From Gonapodya sp. JEL0774 (taxonomy: Eukaryota): 64,000 nt of DNA. Under the pieces are notes generated by a model that was given only the letters and a program-made list of their open reading frames with translations, was not told where the DNA came from and ran no database searches. The position numbers and the translations under genes were made by a program. Positions 13,840 through 26,482 of this stretch are shown piece after piece; position 1 is the first letter of the stretch, and the number at the start of each line of letters is the position of its first letter. The stretch spans positions 124,001 to 188,000 of the forward strand of contig JADIIX010000023.1 in the NCBI GenBank assembly GCA_027604505.1, given 5' to 3'.

Positions 13840-14329
13840 TGCTGCCACCAGGTTGTAATTGTGTGGTGGATGACAAGTTGCACGATCGTCACCAATCATC
13901 ACCAAGTGTCGGTGGGCAAACAAAATTAAATAAAGGAAGTAACGCAAAAGCTCTCCGCAAATTTGAATACATTTATTCCTGTCACTTATTGTCTGATATA
14001 ATAAATTGAACAAACATAACAAAGTGGGGAGGAACATCGGTGGATCCATCACCTCTTACTTGGAACTTCGAGAAGCATCAAGCGTATCCTCTTCTTCCCC
14101 TCGTTAGCGTCGGATTGTTGGTTGCCGACCCATGATGCACCGGACTGCTCAGCAGTGAAATGGACTGAGGGACCAAATCCACAATCTTCCACCACAACTC
14201 ATAAATCTGCCACATGGACGAAGCCCGCCGGATTTTGGCAAAAGGTCGAGCGATTGCGACTGCACCTGTGAGGAGAACGGGGACAGTTTCTTCCCCCGCT
14301 TCCCATCTTGACTCGTGAGCTTCCAAACT

Positions 14330-16107
14330 ATGGTGAGCGTGGTTTCTTCCCCATTGCTCACCTGACAGAATCATAGGGTTATCAGCGCGATCACCCATAA
14401 AGCTGTAGAAGGAGCACCGGCCAGTCATGTGGGAAGCAACTGCCTTGATTGTAACTGTGCTAATGCCCTTCACATGAATTACTTCTCTGACTTCCCAGCT
14501 AGATGACCGATCTATTGTCGAAATGATTCTCAAGGACAGCGAGGAGGCAGAGCGCAATTATGCAGAGATGGGCACACGGGCATACAGGACGTATGGGTGA
14601 GCAATGGCCGCAATTTCAGCGGTACCTCACACGTTCATAGCCATATATCAGAGGATCACGACCCACCCTGAAGGCCAATACACGATTTCTCTCAAAAGTT
14701 GTGCGCGCCACGGACGACCACAATCGATCTCTCCTTGAGAACCAGCAAAAAACTGCGGATAAGAAATTGCGGGAGCTGGAGGCATCGGGCAGCGACTCAA
14801 ACTCGGGGAAAATGAAAAAAGAGTGGACATCGGATGCGAGAGTGGAACACCGGTCCAGAAAACGATATCTTTTTTCAAGTGGTGACGATGGTAATCATAA
14901 TCGAGTGATTGAAGGAGACCGCGGCAGCCACCGACAGGATTCAATAAACACAAGGAGAAAGGACAACGAAAAATTTGTTGGTGATAACAGAGTGATAGCG
15001 CGGTACTCAGGGTCAGACGGGGATGAGGATCACCTAGAGCACAGATATAGGACCAGTAAGGATCGAATAGGTAACGATGGGGAACTGACTTCAGTTAGTA
15101 GCCACCGCTACCGAGTCTCACGTCGTGAAGATCGTGGAAATCTGCGGATTGAAGAGAGTTCAAAGGACAACAACGATCATGACGGATATCATCACAGTCC
15201 GGACAGGCGTGTTGGCGAGAATCTACCGGTGGACTCAAAGATCGATCGACCCTCAAGTAGACAACAATTCGGGGAGCAACAGGAGGGTCGCAATGAGAGA
15301 GGGGACAAAACACGCAGAACAGATGGCGCCGAACAAGAGGGCACCAATTCGCGTGCTGTTGATTTCGTTTTGGATTACACGAAGAGCCATAAAGACTCTG
15401 TTTACGTGGACTCACTGTCAGAGAGTGGAGGAAGTCTCTCGGGAACGCAACACAAGTTCACCCACTCCGAGACAGTCAAAGGACAACCTACAATCTTGTC
15501 GGCATCCCCGGAACCAACTGCACTTAACGCTCAAAATGTTTACAGTCCACCGAAACCTTATTTAGTCCGAGGACGGGGGACGGTAGGAGGGGGCAGTAAG
15601 ATGGACAGGTACTTTGAAAAAGATTACGAGCCTCAACTAGACTTTGGTAAGCGATCTTTGTTACTTAGTGCCCAAACTACAAACGTTGACTTATTGACGT
15701 ATGTCATCGCATTTTGATACCCTGTTCTACTGGCCATTTCAACTCCCGTATCGTAACCTGTGATCCTTTCACTTCGTCACCCCTCCACGAACCGTCAGAC
15801 AACTATGACGACACCAACTTCGAATGGTACTTGCGCTCCTTGGAGGACAAGGAAGCCGAACTGAAGCTGAAAATGATAGAGCAGCAGGTGCGAGTGGATT
15901 CAACCGCCGCAAGGAAGGCATGTGATGTAACGATAACACATTTTTCTTTCGCGTTGTAATATGCAGAAGGCAAGAGAGGAGAGAAAAAAACGAAACGAGA
16001 AGAAGCGAGAGAAGAGGGCGCGCATAGAGAAACAGAAGAAAAGTAGAGACAAGGACGTCGAGAGCACAGATAGTGAGCAAGAACGCAAAAAGAAACGCCG
16101 GAAATAA
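14330..16107 (+). CDS. Conserved fungal charged protein of unknown function (family often labelled 'pre-mRNA-splicing factor 38B'-like)
   Basis: The spliced product reads M|LDDRSIVEMILKDSEEAERNYAEMG, then KANTRFLSKVVRATDDHNRSLL, VRGRGTVGGGSKMDRYFEKDYEPQLD and a K/R/E-rich tail. Splice sites are canonical; stop TAA ends at 16107. Confidence 0.6.
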
Positions 16108-16247
16108 ATGCAACGGAGAAATCTAGCTATGGTAACTTTTCGCAAACTCACCCGCAGCACTCGCAACAACTCGTCTCATTAGAAACAAAAGCAATGACCG
16201 GCACTGCATGAGGCGGTTTGTTTGACGTAAACAAAGTCCATATGTTT

Positions 16248-17222
16248 TCAGGTGACCTCCGCGTCTTGAGCCAAGCTCAGGTTCTTCAAAAGGAGTGCAA
16301 AAACTTTGAGGAAATCGGCATATTCGGTCGCCGTTGTTTCATCACGGCCAAATTTCGCTTTCTCATAAAGCTCCAGGTAGAATCGGGCGATGGTGGGATC
16401 AACCAATTGGCTGTGGAACATGATGTTTTCGTGAGATGGTTTAGATGTCATAAAATGCTTTCTAACTAATTATAGGGCACTTACTGGTCAACCAGAGAAT
16501 CAATGTATCGTCGAACGGTCATTCCGGTGCGACGTTCAAGGCTTGGGTGTAATTGTCTCACCTTCTGGTCTGATATCCATGAAGCCAATTACGTCATCAA
16601 CTGTGATGGCATACCTCGGAAATAGAACATGGATCTCACTTATAATGTCCACAGTCTCCAGAATGGTGCTCTGGAAGTGTATGATATCCGAGCTCGTGGC
16701 TGAATTAACATGCATCAAGATTCTATCAAACTCAGCACAGAAATCAAAATGTGATGTGTCTCACATGTCCTTCCCCATCCTGTCTGCGCAACTGTATCGG
16801 GTAGCGGCTTTGCATCAATGGCGATGGCTGATACTCGGGATAACTCTGTGTTCACAAGCCAGTAAACAGGCTACAAAAGATCACAATCACTGTGTGGCAA
16901 CCAGCGACATCTTTGGCTTTCTGGGAGCTTTACTCTGACTCACTTTCGGCAAGTCCGACTGGTTGATGGGCACAAAGACCTTTGGTATATCGCCAAGAGC
17001 AGTCTTTGCGGATATGACCCGCGAGAGAATAATAAGGAACGCGCATACGCCAAGGAGAGCAACACTTCCACCAAAAGTGAACAGAGATCGTTTGTCCTTC
17101 GTGAAAGCACGCCAGAACACGTCCCACGAGCACAGGATCAAGCAGAGCCCCGTCAACACAAGTGAAAGAGAAAGGAATGTGATGTCCCGCAGGCGCGCTA
17201 CGACACGTCCACCGAGAGACAT
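16248..17222 (-). CDS. DLT1: Defect at low temperature protein 1 (DLT1)-like membrane protein
   Basis: Two N-terminal transmembrane segments are followed by SRVISAKTALGDIPKVFVPINQSDLPK. The C-terminus has YLELYEKAKFGRDETTATEYADFLKVFALLL. Confidence 0.75.
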
Positions 17223-17673
17223 CCTTAAAAGCGTCCACTTGTTTTGTCCAGGCAAGCAGGCTGTACTGCAAATCAAGGGTGGTTATACAATAATCAAGAA
17301 TGTGCACTGGACCTCGATTGCAAACTCCGAATACTATTTCTAGAATCACTGGTGATATAATGAGAAAGCAATTGTAACTGTAGATAGATTCATAAATATA
17401 TTCGCAAACTTCTTTCGGTCCCTCTGAGTGATTGCAAAGATCATCTGACGGGGTTCCACAAGCCAGAGGACCACCTTCTCGCGGCCCTTGCCGTGTTCCC
17501 CATACATGCAGGGGTCCCACGATTATAGCGCTCCCTTTGTGGGGCTTGCGTGCGTGAAAAGTTCAGTTGCACAAAATATGCGAACTGGTTCACTTGATTT
17601 CAAAAAGAAAAAACATCAATAAATGCATATAGTGCCGATAATGGCATGTGTACAATCTACACGATGGTATAGT

Positions 17674-20600
17674 TTATTGGGAGATTTGAGACTTCACTCT
17701 TTGCAGCCGAGCACGCAGATCGGCCAACGACGAGGAACTAGAGCCCGACGTGGAAGGAGCCGGAGGGTCAGCTGCTCTTCCAGAGTTCTGTGCAACAATC
17801 ATTAACATTTGCAAAAACAACAGTCAGAACATGGAGAGCAACTTTGATTCGAAGAAAAGAGACTTCGCACCTGATCTATTTGGGCTAGGGATGCTGGATT
17901 GGTTGCAGTTCCGGAATATGTAGCTATCACCTCCGTGCTCACAATTTGTCGCGAGCTAAGCTCATCAACAATTGGTCTGTTCGTCGCCGACTGCAATGTC
18001 CAAGTTGTTAGCAAACTGAAATATAGTCTGGACTTCGGTACTCACAACAACATGGTCTGGACTAATGTCCATCATTCGTTTCAGTTTCGAGAGTTTATCT
18101 TTGTATGCATCAACGCCTCCACCAACAGCACTTTCATCGGAGGCAACAAACGGCTTCGCCAGTCCATTAGTGGACCTTGTTGGAGGCGTGCTCAAATCTT
18201 CCTGCCCACGAGGGCTTGACGACAAGCGCGCAGGCGGATCAGATGAATCTTGGCCTCCTGATCCGGCTTTGGAGAGCTGTGCATTCTTGCTGACCCTGAT
18301 TGAATATTCAAGGGTTGACATCAACCAAAAAAATCTCCATCGAAAATGGCTCTCTCACATATGCGTAACATAAGAGTACACGTAGCTACGCGAGGGCTCC
18401 TCAATCAGATCAAATTGCTGGTGGATACTATCCCCGAGTGTCCTTGCAAGTTCAGATAAAATAGTTTTTACGGTGCGAAGTGGCATATCTCCATGTGGGA
18501 ACCTGTTGTTCGCCCGATTCTTCCACTCGCTCGGCGGAGTAGAAATGAAAAACGTGTTGATGTCGTATAGTAGCTTGTTCACCTGAATGGAGTTCGAGTC
18601 GACCATCAAGCGCAATTGCTTGGTGAGTTTCCACAGGCACTTCATTATCAGCTCCACTAATTTGTGCTGCGAAGACGTTCGAGAATCATCTCGCGACTGA
18701 ACAAGAGAAAAGAGCACCTGGGAGGAGCTGTCCAAGTATGATAGTAACACCCTGGAACCAAAGGAAAAAGGGGGTATTCGCTCAATTGGTCACACTGTCC
18801 TCGCTCGACACTTGACGCTAACCTGAAAGACTCATTAATATCTCCATTATCAAGTATTCGAACCATGACCATATTCAAAGCCTTCACTAATGGTTTGCCT
18901 TGCTCAGAGTGAAGTGCTGTTTGTTCGACAATCCTGCTCAGAACTTCTCGGAACAAAGCTTCCAACGAGTCCTTGGACACCGCTCGAGCCAATTCAGGTC
19001 GCAACGTAATGTGTAGAAGTGAGCTGATAACGTAGCGACACAACTTGGTGTCTTGATCGTTGAAAGCAAGCCGCATCTGGAGGGTGATGGCATTGACGAT
19101 TTGGCTGATGGTTGGGAGGATGATTTCGGGAGACGATTGCACGATGTCTTCCAATTTTTTTAGTGCATTGAGAGACTTATCCGGGACCCCACTACCAATT
19201 TGGGCGATATACCAATCGCCTTGAAATCGGAGAGTATCGGTTCCTCCAGAATTCGTAGGTCGAACATTTGGGGCTCGCGGCGACTCCGAGCGACCACCAA
19301 CATCGACACTAGCCCGACGAACACCATACACCCCTTGAGCTGGAGCAGCATCAAAGTCTAACGCAAATTGAGGGGCATCTCCGTTCTTGGTGGAGGGAAT
19401 TGAATACTCCAATGGGGGCTCAGTGCGCTCACTCGTACCGTGCTTCGACGGCGCAATCGCCGTCCTTGGGATCCCATTCAACAAGGGCGGTGCAGCCGGT
19501 AATCGTCGGAGGCGTTCCTCTACCAGACTCTTCTCTTTGTCCGATATCTTCCCCATGTGTCTAAATACCTTATCGCCATCAAGTTGGTAAGCCTGACACA
19601 CAACGTTGATGGCAGCGCTGCGGACTTGGCTGTCACGGTCGGAAATTTGTGCGCCAATAATGGGAAACACTTTTGCTGGTGCGCAGACACCCATTCCGTT
19701 TCGTTGTAAAAGAGAACCGATCTCTTCCAACGTTTCGATACGGGTTCGTGAGTTCTTAGATTTCAGACCTTCAAGAAGATAATTGAAAAGCTTGCTTGCA
19801 GGGTATATTCGACCGAGTTGTTTTAGTATCCCTCGAAGACGGGATCGAATTGCCTCTTTCGGATCCCCTAGCTAATTTAAAGGAGGTGAGCCTGTTACGA
19901 AACCAGATACAGCTTCGAAAAGCTCACTTTGTTGACAAGGAATGGAACGAAAGATCCCGCCTCGTGTTCTGTCAAGTTGTAGCTCATCGCATCCAGAACG
20001 TCGAATAAATGTTCCAAGAAGTCAAGAAGTTTCAAGAGAATAATCGTGTTTGTGTCGAAAAAGCGGAGTGTCACATATTTCAGCATGATGTCCGCGTTTG
20101 CGATATATCGCTTTCGAATCTCATCCCAGCTTACTCCGAACTCATCGAAGCTATGAGAGGGAGTCGCAACGCAATCGTCTAATAACTGGATGGCTTTCAG
20201 GTGGTCACGATCCTTGTTGTGGTCGTCACTGAAACACAACGACACAACTTCAGCACTGAAATTTGTGTCCATCTGATCTCGCAAGAGATCAACAAGTTCC
20301 TTGCGCGGTACATCAAACGTCCACTTGAATAATCCACGATCCTTGTCTGCGCGTCCATCCTTCGCTCTGAAATCTGCGGTGAGCACCGGAGCAGGCTTTT
20401 CAGGTGTATCGTCGCGCTTGCCGATCACATTGGTAGAACTTGAAGAAGTAGATGCAGGCAGGCTCGCGATAGAGGGTTTCTTCTTCAGGGTTCCTCCCTT
20501 TGGGACAAAGGGAAGTGGCACAGTAGGTTGTTGGGGTTGTCCGGCACCAATGCCTGCCTGCTTTGCGCTAGCCGTGCGGGCAGCAGCTACTTTCCCCGCT

Positions 20601-23600
20601 GGTTTTAGATTTTCTAGCAAGGTTAGAATACCTTGAGCCGCTGGTCCCTTCAACTCTGCAACCTTCTCGCGAGCCTCGTCGTAGCATCCAGAGGAAACAA
20701 TGGGTCCCAAGCATGCCTGAGCGGCTTTGCGTACGTCGACGTTGGCGTCTTGCAGTGCTTGAATGACTGGCACGAGAAGCGATGCCAGTCCCGCGGGGGG
20801 TTTCCCCGATGTCTCGTCGGCAAGCTTTGAACTCAACCATCCAAGCAGTTCCTTCTTCAACATGGGTTGCTTAGATTCTCGCAACACCTCCTCACAACAT
20901 GATACAACCGTCTCCACGGAGCTCGTTTCCAGCATCCGGTCGAGGGCTCCGAGGGCAGACTGTCGAACATTCGTCTTGTTGTCGGCTAAACACGCCGCGA
21001 CGTTCGAAAAAATTAGACGAACACTCCGCTCAAACGGTTTGCCCATAGCTTGTGCAATCGCTGCGACAATGTCCAGACTCTGAGCCACAAGGTTCTTATT
21101 GTTGTCGCTCATCCGCGTTTTCAACGAAGTCAATAGCTCCCCTGAGAAGTTTTTAGTTTTGCACTGAGTCCAATTAGTGTGGGAAAAAATGCAAATTTAT
21201 CCATACCAATATTGGGCTTGATCCGTTTATTCGCACTTTCGATAATAGCGGTAACTTTGTCCAGACCCTCTTTGCGTGTTTTCCAGTTCCCATCTGCGAG
21301 CTCCTACAGACAGGAAGGCAAATTTCTCAGTAAACTGCCGTGCGATACTTGACCTGACAAATAAGCACTGACAGTGAGTAGAGTGTCTGTAATCTGATTG
21401 CTTATATCAACCCGAGGAATCAAATCTTCTAACGGATCACTGCTCTCTGTTCTCTTTGTGGAGGACGGTCCACTTGATCCAGCCAACTCCTGAAAACGCG
21501 ATGTTGGAATACAATAAGAACACTCAAGGGACTTAGGTTCATCTATTCTCACCGCATCGGAATTAGAACTGTTGGCACCAGAAAATCGTGTGGGTACCGG
21601 AGGTGTTCTCCCCTCATACTTGGCAAATTCAGTATCGATCGTTCCGAGAAGTGCGGGATTGACATCTTGTATCAAAGCCCGCATATCTGAAATGATAACG
21701 TTGAGCTGCCTCAATCTGCCTTCAATACCACATGCGCTAAGTCAAAAACGTACCAGGACCCACGTACAATCGCAGTGTGCCAAGTAGAGAGACAGCCCCA
21801 GTTCGAACAGCCTGTGTCGTGTTTCCAAGTGCAATTTTGATAAACTCGACTAGATCCCGTGTCTTAACGCCAGTAATACCAAAATCCAGGATGTTGGCCT
21901 GAATCCAGGACAATCCGTCCTGGAGCGCTTTGGGAGATTTTGCTGTTTTGAGGTAATCACAGGCTTGGAGGACCGCGACATATTGTGAGCTGCGGCTATC
22001 TGGTTAACAAGCAAAATTTGCCTCCCCACAAACCTAAACCGAGCACAAATTGAAAACTGCTGGCTTCACAGAGGTCACTCAAGCAATCGCCAGCCGTTTT
22101 CTTGTTCTTCATGTCCCCAAATTTGTCGCCCAGGACTTCACACGAATGCAATGATTAGACCAATGGTGCCTAGAATCGTAAAAACACTAATAGTTGCTTG
22201 ACGCACATGGCATGACAGCGACGATTGCAGCTCGAGTAAATCCACGCTTTTTCGCAAGAGCCTGAATGACGTTGATCATCTTAGCAATGCACTATTGGGA
22301 AATATCCAGTCTTAAATGAAGTCACTAGTGCATATTGGAGAGTTCGATGCAAACCTGAAAATTGCTCTCTTTGAATCCTGGTTTCCGTGAGAATACTTTT
22401 ACGACTAGTTCCGCATCTAGGGGGTTCGATTCAAGATTCTGGATGACCGTGTCCAAAGCTGGCGCAAAAGTACGTAAATAATGTTCCCGATTTCGTATTC
22501 TCGAACGATGGGCGGTACCTGCCAAACGAGTCTTCCACTGCGCATCTGCTAGTTGTCCGACAAGCTCTTCTCCATAAGCTTCTGTAAAACTAGCCTCGGC
22601 AGATTCCTCGGACCATTTCGAAGAGGGCAACTCCTCCTCCTTGGGGGCTTCCTTTGTTTTTCCTTTGGCAGGTGCCGCCTGTGCCACCGAGCTAGCGGAT
22701 TTAGTGGTAGTTATAGCCTATAGGGCAAATTACACCAGTTTTAAGAACCATTTTAGTGCCATGCTGTGCTGTAAGTAATTGATTCGTTGAAAACGCACCG
22801 ATCCCTGCGGTAAACGAACGGTTCCTGTCTTCACAGGCTTCGATCCCAACGATGTTGTAGACGAAATTGGTGGGGCATTCTCTTTATTCTTCACGTCATC
22901 CACACTGCCCGCTGGTGATTTCTATGTTTTTAAAGTTCAACCGTCAGGCGATTGTTTTTGTGAGCGAATTCACTGACACTCACTTTTAGTGTCCCTGAAG
23001 CCGATACAGACGATGCACCAGCGGGCTTTCGTGCAGGCGCGGTGCCAGTTCGTATCTTCACGTCCGCCTTGTCAAAGAACTCCATGACCTTGACCTTCTT
23101 CAAGTCATCCAATTTCTCCAAATGCACGGCCATGAGCCGTTCACCGACCACCCGAAGAAGCGTTCCAAGAACTTCCATTGTGCTTTCTCTGACCTCGATA
23201 ACGGCATCATCAACTGTCTATATTGAGGAAGCTCGCGTTACGGAATCGAAAAGCATGAGCTGGTGATTCATTCTTGGAAGGTTACCGCTCACCTTCATTG
23301 CCATCTCGCAAATCATTTTGATCTCTGCCTTTTCTGGTGCTTTTTTCACCAGTTTCAGACACCGTACCAACCACCGAAGACTTTCAGTCTTCACCTGCGG
23401 GTTTTTGTTTCCCGCTCCAGCGATAATATCCTCCAGGATAGCTGAGAGCGACACCTTTTCGAGAGCCAATTCACCCTTTCACTGCGAGGAGTCAAAACAA
23501 ATCTTAACCGGTAAGACAACTCACAGTCGCATATACTGCGTCCAACGCTCCTCTCAAGGCGTCTACAACATTCTGCTTTTTCTCTTTCATGCGTTCCAAC

Positions 23601-26227
23601 AGCGGCGATACTACTATTGATTTGTACGCCGAAAATGATCCGCGAAGACCTTCGGCAAGTCGTTGGATGCAGTTGGCGGCGCCTACGGCGACGAAGAGAT
23701 TCGCATCGGCGAGTTTCTGAGTATAGACAAACAAAGAGACAAACCAGACAGCGTGGGGTGAGTAGCCGGCAGTGATCCGCTCCAGATGAGGGGAACACAC
23801 CTTGCCGAGGGCACTCACTAACTCCCCATACCTCCCCTCTTGGAGCTTAGGCGGTTTTAGTATCTCCAGAATCTTATCCACCGCTTCCTTTCTCTCCTTC
23901 CACTTTTGAGAGTTCTGAGTAACGCACCAACAAATTGTGGTAGGGTTACCTATCGATTATCAAAAATTTCCTTTCTAAACTCACCAACGCTTCAAGAGTA
24001 GCATCATCAATCTTGTCCAGTACGTTCACGGGGTCCAATAGTGACATGGGATCCACTTCCTCCTCCTCCGGCGGAGGGGCACCATAGTCGTCGGCTCCGA
24101 AAGGGGACTGATTGTGAGGACGATCAATTTGCCCCTAGAAATCTACGCGTACCTTCTTCTACGCTCGCTGCTGCAGCGGCGCGGGCACCTTGTTGCGATC
24201 TGAGAATACGAGTTGGAGTGGGGCGACCTGCCGGTACTGCAGCAAAAAAGTCATCTAGTTCTTTCCGCTGAATCAGTTGAAAATTTCGGGAACAGTGACG
24301 AGAGCACAGTCGAAAATGAGGAAGTGTCACGCAGAATCTGTATCAATAAGTACCATTTACCTGTACCGGTTTTAGGGGTTCCAAAAAGGATTCAATTGCC
24401 TTGTTCTGGTTGCAAAGACATAGAAAACTTAGATGCAGGACGGTGTACTGGCGCTACCCGACTGCAACGAGCAACAAACTCACGAGCCATCGATACAATT
24501 CTACGGTCAGATTAGTAGCCTTGATCGGAAGGTTGAGGATATTGGTTCAATCTTAAACGAACTGTTTCGAGGTACCACCCACCTCTGCTCGCACACCCTT
24601 ATCTGCCGAACCGAACATCTTCCCCAAGGATTTCAAAACGGGTTTCGTGTCCACATTTTTCACGCCAAAACCTCTATCAAACGCAAATGTTGTTGAATTC
24701 CGACGAACGTGCAGAAAGCTGCAAGTTGCGTTCACGAACTCACTTGATTACTTCAGTGAGAGCGAGAATACAAGCAGCCTGTACTTTGGGGGATTTGTTG
24801 TCAAGGCATTTGATAAGTTCCTCCTACAGAATTCAGGTGGTTGAGCAACGACGGATCCGCCAGTCAGTTGACGATTGACAAAGAAAGCTCAGTCATGCCA
24901 AAAGCGCATGCTAATGGTGGTTCAATGACCCTTCCGCTGTGTCGAGGTGCAGATGAGCGCGTTGTTTCGCAGGTTGCATAGGACATGCCTCAGTGAAACG
25001 ACGTGCACATCTGGCCTTCTACGTGTCTTGTTCCTTTACATCTTCTAGCCAGCCTGGCGGTGCCATCCGTCATCACGCTAATCTTTCTCGTCCAATGCTA
25101 TCGAGCCCTCAGCACTTCACGGAACCTAGCCACTCTACAACTCACCACCACAGGGTTCGGTTCGTCCGCCTCGACATACATCAAAACCAGTTCCAGCGCC
25201 TTTTGCCGAGTCGCAGTACGAGGTGCTGCAAGGCACTTGTCAAGTACTGGGGGCAGTACATCTTTGCGGGTTCTAAATTATGTTGGGAAAAGCAGACTTA
25301 GTGGTGTGTAGGAAGACACGAAGAAAGGTGAATGGCCGGAAAGCAGGTCTGATGCTCCCATGTGTGTGTGTCAGGTGTGGTGGGTCCAACGCGTTGGTAT
25401 CGAACAAGAAGGCAACAACACATCATCGCACATCCAAAGTGAGCTTCGCACAAACGCAACGCTGCTCTTGCCCTCCATCCGTCATGGGAAAGCGATCCAA
25501 AATTAGTTGTGATTCAAAAGTCAGTCACCCGAGAACCGTCAACCGCTATGTCCAACACACCATCACTATCCATCACCCCTGTAAAAGTACCCGTGCGCAA
25601 ACGTTACCATATGCGCGGTTTGAACACTGTTCACCAGTCCAAGGTTGACATCCACCGAACGCTACGAGTCGAAGCTTCCCCAAAACGAATCAACCAACGA
25701 CAGTCAAGAACAAGTGACTTCGACATCCAGACTTGTCGAACATCCGCAATTTTCTTGTGAATCAAACTTCAGTAGTGCCGGGCGCCCATTTACGTTTCCC
25801 AGCAACTTTCTTCCGCACGTCCGCCGGAAAGGTCAGTTCAGGTGAGAAACAGGCCCCATCAACGCACTTATTAGATACAGATGTTGGTGCATACTCGGCG
25901 AATGCGGTGACAGTCCCAAGGCCCGTTTCAAGAGCGACGGCATTTGAATCCTGGGGTATCTTTCGGACTGTCTCAATGTGCTTCTTGTACTCGTTGTCCG
26001 CGTCGGGATCGAGCGATTTGAATAGTTTCGTGAGGTCTTCGTAGGCGGAAACACGGGCCTTCCAGACCTGTTGATGGGCCGCCGGCGCAATCGGTTGGAG
26101 AGTCCAAGTAGCGGGCAGAACAAGTCAAATGTCGCAGCACCGGAAGGGAAGAATTGAAAAAACTCGCCTTATGGGCCAGTCGCTGGTCGAGTGGAAGCTT
26201 GGAGAAGTCGACCTCTTCCTCGGCCAT
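17674..26227 (-). CDS. CKAP5: XMAP215/ch-TOG (CKAP5; Stu2/Alp14 family) microtubule polymerase, long multi-TOG form, many exons
   Basis: N-terminus MAEEEVDFSKLPLDQRLAHK|VWKARVSAYE. Repeated TOG HEAT starts (SQKWKERKEA, DAQWKTRL, DGNWKTRKEG, GLFKWTFDVPRKE). C-terminal LIMKCLWKLTK...DMPLRTVKTILSEL and terminal LADLRARLQRVK. Confidence 0.95.
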
Positions 26228-26482
26228 GGATTTCCGAAGTTGGTGGGCGTTTCGGGCGAGGATCTCCTCATTTGGTGCACGGGCGGCAGGGCCAGAAGAT
26301 GTCCCAACCCAAACGCCCAGAGAGCATCCATGAGAATCAATCATCAGATCACCATAAAATGATATTTGAAGAGTTCAATGCGGGCACTGGTGGCTCATTT
26401 TTGCACGAAAGGACATACATGTCCATTCTGTTGTATGAGGGGAGTGCCGAATTGCGCACGCACCGTCAGGCCGACGGAACGC

